From a virus (taxonomy: Duplodnaviria; Caudoviricetes): a DNA stretch of 64,000 nt. The position numbers and the translations under genes are program-made. The notes beneath the pieces are model-generated. The model was not told the DNA's origin. It did no database searches and was given only the letters and a program-made list of their open reading frames with translations. Location of the stretch: IMG/VR virus record IMGVR_UViG_3300010340_001609, positions 1 through 64,000 of that record, one strand, 5' to 3'. Shown one piece after another: positions 61,070 through 64,000 of the stretch (within the stretch, counting starts at the first letter, position 1; each line of letters opens with the position of its first letter).

Positions 61070-61450
61070 TTAGTTTTTCATTCCACCAGTACCACCAGAA
61101 GAAGACTTGTTGTCAGAAAATGCCAATAAAATTTCAGAATTTTTATTCTGCTCTTCAACTTCCTTGATAACTTCCCCAGTCAACATACTTAATGAATTAT
61201 TTAATTCATCAATGATACTAAGATAACTTAAATTAATTTCTTCAAGTTCAATAACTCTTTTATCTAATTTAATCATTAATTTAATTAAATTATCTAATTT
61301 ATCAAGAACCATTTGATTTTCAAATTTATCAAGCGTCTTCCTCAGTTGTTTTGAACTTCCCGATGATGTTAAGATATTTTTCGTATTCTTCTGAGTTGTT
61401 TTCTTTTTCGAGACTGTTGGTGTTGTTTTTTTGGTTTTTGAATTCTTCAT
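61070..61450 (-). CDS. hypothetical coiled-coil protein with basic N-terminus
   Basis: 126 aa ORF. Confidence 0.55.
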   Translation of the reverse strand: MKNSKTKKTTPTVSKKKTTQKNTKNILTSSGSSKQLRKTLDKFENQMVLDKLDNLIKLMIKLDKRVIELEEINLSYLSIIDELNNSLSMLTGEVIKEVEEQNKNSEILLAFSDNKSSSGGTGGMKN

Positions 61451-61805
61451 TTTCTTCTTTAATAATATTATTACTTTTTTTTCTATTTTTAAATGAATTA
61501 TTACTTTCTAATATAGAATATATATTTTTTTTATCTTTTGTTAAAGATTTTATTAAGACAAGTTCATCACTTTCTTTTAAGTTAATAATTTCATTTATTA
61601 AAAGTTCAAATATCTCTTTATAAGATTCATTTTGTTCTATTATATGAAATACGAAACTTATGAATTCTTTTAATGATATATTTTTATTATGTAAAATTCT
61701 TTTAACTTGAATTAAGCTTTCAATTGAAAAATCTAACTTAACCGTATATTTGTCTGATTTATTTATTAACTTATCACTTGTTAAAAGTAATTTTTCTTTA
61801 TTCAT
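61329..61805 (-). CDS. hypothetical protein (possible ribbon-helix-helix-like); true stop probably ~61470
   Basis: YTVKLDFS..VKRIL..ISLKEFISF; the 122 nt overlap disappears if the A8 run at 61475-61482 is A9. Confidence 0.5.
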   Translation of the reverse strand: MNKEKLLLTSDKLINKSDKYTVKLDFSIESLIQVKRILHNKNISLKEFISFVFHIIEQNESYKEIFELLINEIINLKESDELVLIKSLTKDKKNIYSILESNNSFKNRKKSNNIIKEENEEFKNQKNNTNSLEKENNSEEYEKYLNIIGKFKTTEEDA

Positions 61806-61819
61806 ATTAACCTAAAAAA

Positions 61820-62503
61820 TTAAACAGCACCACCACCAGTGATATCTCCACCGCTAGGTAAAGAACCACTGCCATCGGCAACGTTACCATTTCCTGAAAA
61901 ATATGCGGACCCACCCTGTAAAGATGTTGAAGTTTTTGAATTTGGAGAAAGCTGATAATATTTTTTCAAAACAATCATGCATTCTTTTGCAGTTTGTTCA
62001 TTGTAATTTTTTAGAAGATACACATAAACACGATTTAAAATCACCGTTTTTGGATCCAACATTACATCGTAATTGCCAACAAGTCTTGCTATGTTTGAAG
62101 CAAATTTTTGAATATTCAGCATTGTTTCTGGAACTTCTGGTTCCGTAGGAGCAGTTTCTTCAGCTCCTTTATTTGAATCATCTCCTCCCAAATCCAACCC
62201 GCCAGCATCATCTGGCGATCCTAATTCTAAATCTGGATCGTCCGCCTCGAAAAGTATATTTGAGATACTAATTTTTTCTGTTAAGTTTGCTAATGCGGAA
62301 GGTATGGTTTTAGGAGCTTCTCCAACGCCAGAAAACATTTGTGATGCAGGAATAGATTCTCTTTCATATTGAATTAGATATCTATCTACTTTTTGGTCTA
62401 AAGACATGTCTTGTGGAAGAGTAGTTGCTTTGGTAGAAACCACTGGAATAGTTTGAACGTCTTTTTTCTTCTCTTCTTTAAGAATTAATTTCTTAAGTTT
62501 CAT
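61820..62503 (-). CDS. putative capsid-internal/scaffold-like protein
   Basis: MKLKKLILKEE, NLTE, NILFEA motifs then an acidic Gly-rich linker. Confidence 0.6.
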   Translation of the reverse strand: MKLKKLILKEEKKKDVQTIPVVSTKATTLPQDMSLDQKVDRYLIQYERESIPASQMFSGVGEAPKTIPSALANLTEKISISNILFEADDPDLELGSPDDAGGLDLGGDDSNKGAEETAPTEPEVPETMLNIQKFASNIARLVGNYDVMLDPKTVILNRVYVYLLKNYNEQTAKECMIVLKKYYQLSPNSKTSTSLQGGSAYFSGNGNVADGSGSLPSGGDITGGGAV

Positions 62504-63396
62504 TTTGATTTTTTACTTTCTTGCATTGTGGTTAATGGAGGTAATGAAATTTTTTCCGCATTTGTTACTGGGTTAATTGGCATTTTATTAATTGGGTCTG
62601 CTAGAACGACTGATGATTCTAGTCCTGAAGTATACATTGGTTGAACCGCATAAATTTGATCCAAATTGGCTCTTTCTGCAATCATCATTCTTTGTTCAAT
62701 CACTGACCAATTTAATTCTTGAAGCATTCCATTTAAATATCCCTTTTTATCAGCATTATAATCTTTAAACCAAGCATGATGCCAAGTATCAATAACAATC
62801 ACGGGAATTCCTAATAGTGGAACATTTTCCGTGTGTTTTTCGACAACACAATTCATATATTTTTTTGTGTAAGGATCATAATAACAAACTACCCATCCTT
62901 CTGTGGCAACCATACCACATGAACGAAAATCAAGTTGCCACTGTTCAAATGTCCCAAAATCTTTGGATAATCTAATAAATGGAATACTATCTGCTCTGAT
63001 TTGAGAATTTAAATCTGAAATATTTGAAAAATATAATTCATGAAATTTAATTCCGTTAAAATTATGTTGTTCATCAAGTTTTAATCGTCTAAATTCAGAA
63101 TCATTTGGATTCATGGAATCCATGACTTTATTGATAGTATCAATCTTAGGACTAATGTGATTTAAACTTTCTATATAACTTCTATATAAATTAAAATGAT
63201 TATCCTTTGTAAAGGTACCAAGTTTTTCAGTTTTTAATATAAAAGGCTTGGCAATTAAATAAACAGCTTCCGAAATAAAAGTTTTTGTTTCAATAATTTT
63301 TTGGGTTATTTCATTTACTTTTTTTGGGAATTGTTTATTTAATTTTTCTCTTATAACTGAATTGATATTCAAATCTTTTGGTTTACTGTCACTCAT
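62500..63396 (-). CDS. Fe/Mn superoxide dismutase family protein with terminal extensions
   Basis: Ligand motifs HFNLY..Y, FHELYF, DFGTFEQW, GWVV, P.IVIDTWHHAW..DY, LNW. Confidence 0.85.
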   Translation of the reverse strand: MSDSKPKDLNINSVIREKLNKQFPKKVNEITQKIIETKTFISEAVYLIAKPFILKTEKLGTFTKDNHFNLYRSYIESLNHISPKIDTINKVMDSMNPNDSEFRRLKLDEQHNFNGIKFHELYFSNISDLNSQIRADSIPFIRLSKDFGTFEQWQLDFRSCGMVATEGWVVCYYDPYTKKYMNCVVEKHTENVPLLGIPVIVIDTWHHAWFKDYNADKKGYLNGMLQELNWSVIEQRMMIAERANLDQIYAVQPMYTSGLESSVVLADPINKMPINPVTNAEKISLPPLTTMQESKKSK

Positions 63397-63442
63397 TGCA
63401 AAAATAATTATGCAATTATAAAAGAAACCTATTATAAGAAAT

Positions 63443-64000
63443 GTTATCTACCAGATATATTTGCAACAAGCTCCATGTAGTCAATATTTAAACGACTTGG
63501 AGCTGTTCCCACAGATTTTACAATAATAGCTCCAGGACCAACTACTCGACCAGCACCAACTGGTAAAGTTGTTGAAATTGTTGCAACAAGAACATCATCA
63601 ATATAATAACTTGCTTGACTTAAAGCGTTGTTTGTTTCAATTCTAAGCTTGACAAAATTTGTTGTCCCAACTGCTACGCCCGTATCAACTGTTGTGCTTG
63701 TTGTTGCGGTTGAAACTGCTTGCCAATTATTTCCATTTACAAGTCTATTATAAGTAAAATAAAGACCAGCAGTTTGTGCAAGGGCAGACGCAGTATTTAG
63801 CCAACCAATTGATAACGCATATTCTTGTGTCGCTGTTGAAAGCGCTGGGATGTAAACTCTCCACTCTTGAATAGAGTTTTCAAGATTATCTAGCCTCCAG
63901 CCAATTAAACTTTGCGCAAGACATATACGTCCAACAGCAGTAGTTCCAGTTGTTAACTGAACTTCGCCAATTGCCTTTCGTTTAACGTCAGTTAAAATAA
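63443..64000 (-). CDS. tail fibre / receptor-binding-like protein, C-terminal lectin-like domain (partial)
   Basis: Frame open from window end: ..VQLTTGTTAVGR..GLYFTY..NWQAVS..VDTGVAV..KLRIE..YYIDDVLVATI..NIDYMEL..SGR*; not in ORF track because it has no start in the window. Confidence 0.65.

Noticed and set aside
1-64000. Stop-codon reassignment as in some large phages
   Set aside because: Standard code gives near-complete coding density; the broken genes need frame changes, not readthrough
1-64000. CRISPR array, tRNA or rRNA genes, DGR repeats
   Set aside because: Intergenic gaps are mostly well under 100 nt; no repeat-spacer pattern, cloverleaf or reverse transcriptase seen (by eye only)
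1-64000. Eukaryotic giant virus or bacterial contractile injection system
   Set aside because: Baseplate, tape measure, gp55-like sigma, def/map and replication genes together indicate a tailed bacteriophage

Overview
A densely coding, very AT-rich (roughly one quarter G+C by eye) segment of a large T4-like/jumbo myophage genome. It uses the standard genetic code and most genes lie on the minus strand. In + coordinate order: (1) a DNA repair/replication block (0.9-6.6 kb) with a single-chain Mre11-Rad50 (SbcD-SbcC, gp47-gp46) fusion, a primase-like protein, a RuvC-like resolvase and a gp4-like nuclease; (2) a ~26 kb tail/baseplate module (7-33 kb) with LamG proteins and gp6-, gp25- and gp5-like genes; (3) a gp55-like late sigma factor, two GT4 glycosyltransferases and the tape measure protein (33-41 kb); (4) thymidine kinase and a tail-assembly chaperone pair apparently joined by a +1/-2 frameshift on a T9 run; (5) an accessory region (43-64 kb) with two protein-kinase-like genes, peptide deformylase, methionine aminopeptidase, GNAT, SWIM-SNF2 helicase, GDP-mannose dehydratase, FkbM methyltransferase, glycosyltransferases, metalloproteases, a fatty-acid hydroxylase and a superoxide dismutase-like protein. 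The most striking pattern: about eight scattered accessory genes share a candidate late-promoter hexamer (TANTTA, also found upstream of virion genes) and repeated (I/L/V/F)-x-E|(S/A/E) motifs resembling prohead-protease sites. This suggests that the kinases, an acetyltransferase and the SOD are packaged in the capsid, cleaved, and delivered to the host. Four one-base frame breaks at or near homopolymers are probably assembly errors. I saw no tRNA, rRNA or CRISPR array. All calls come from motif recognition by eye, with no database searches.
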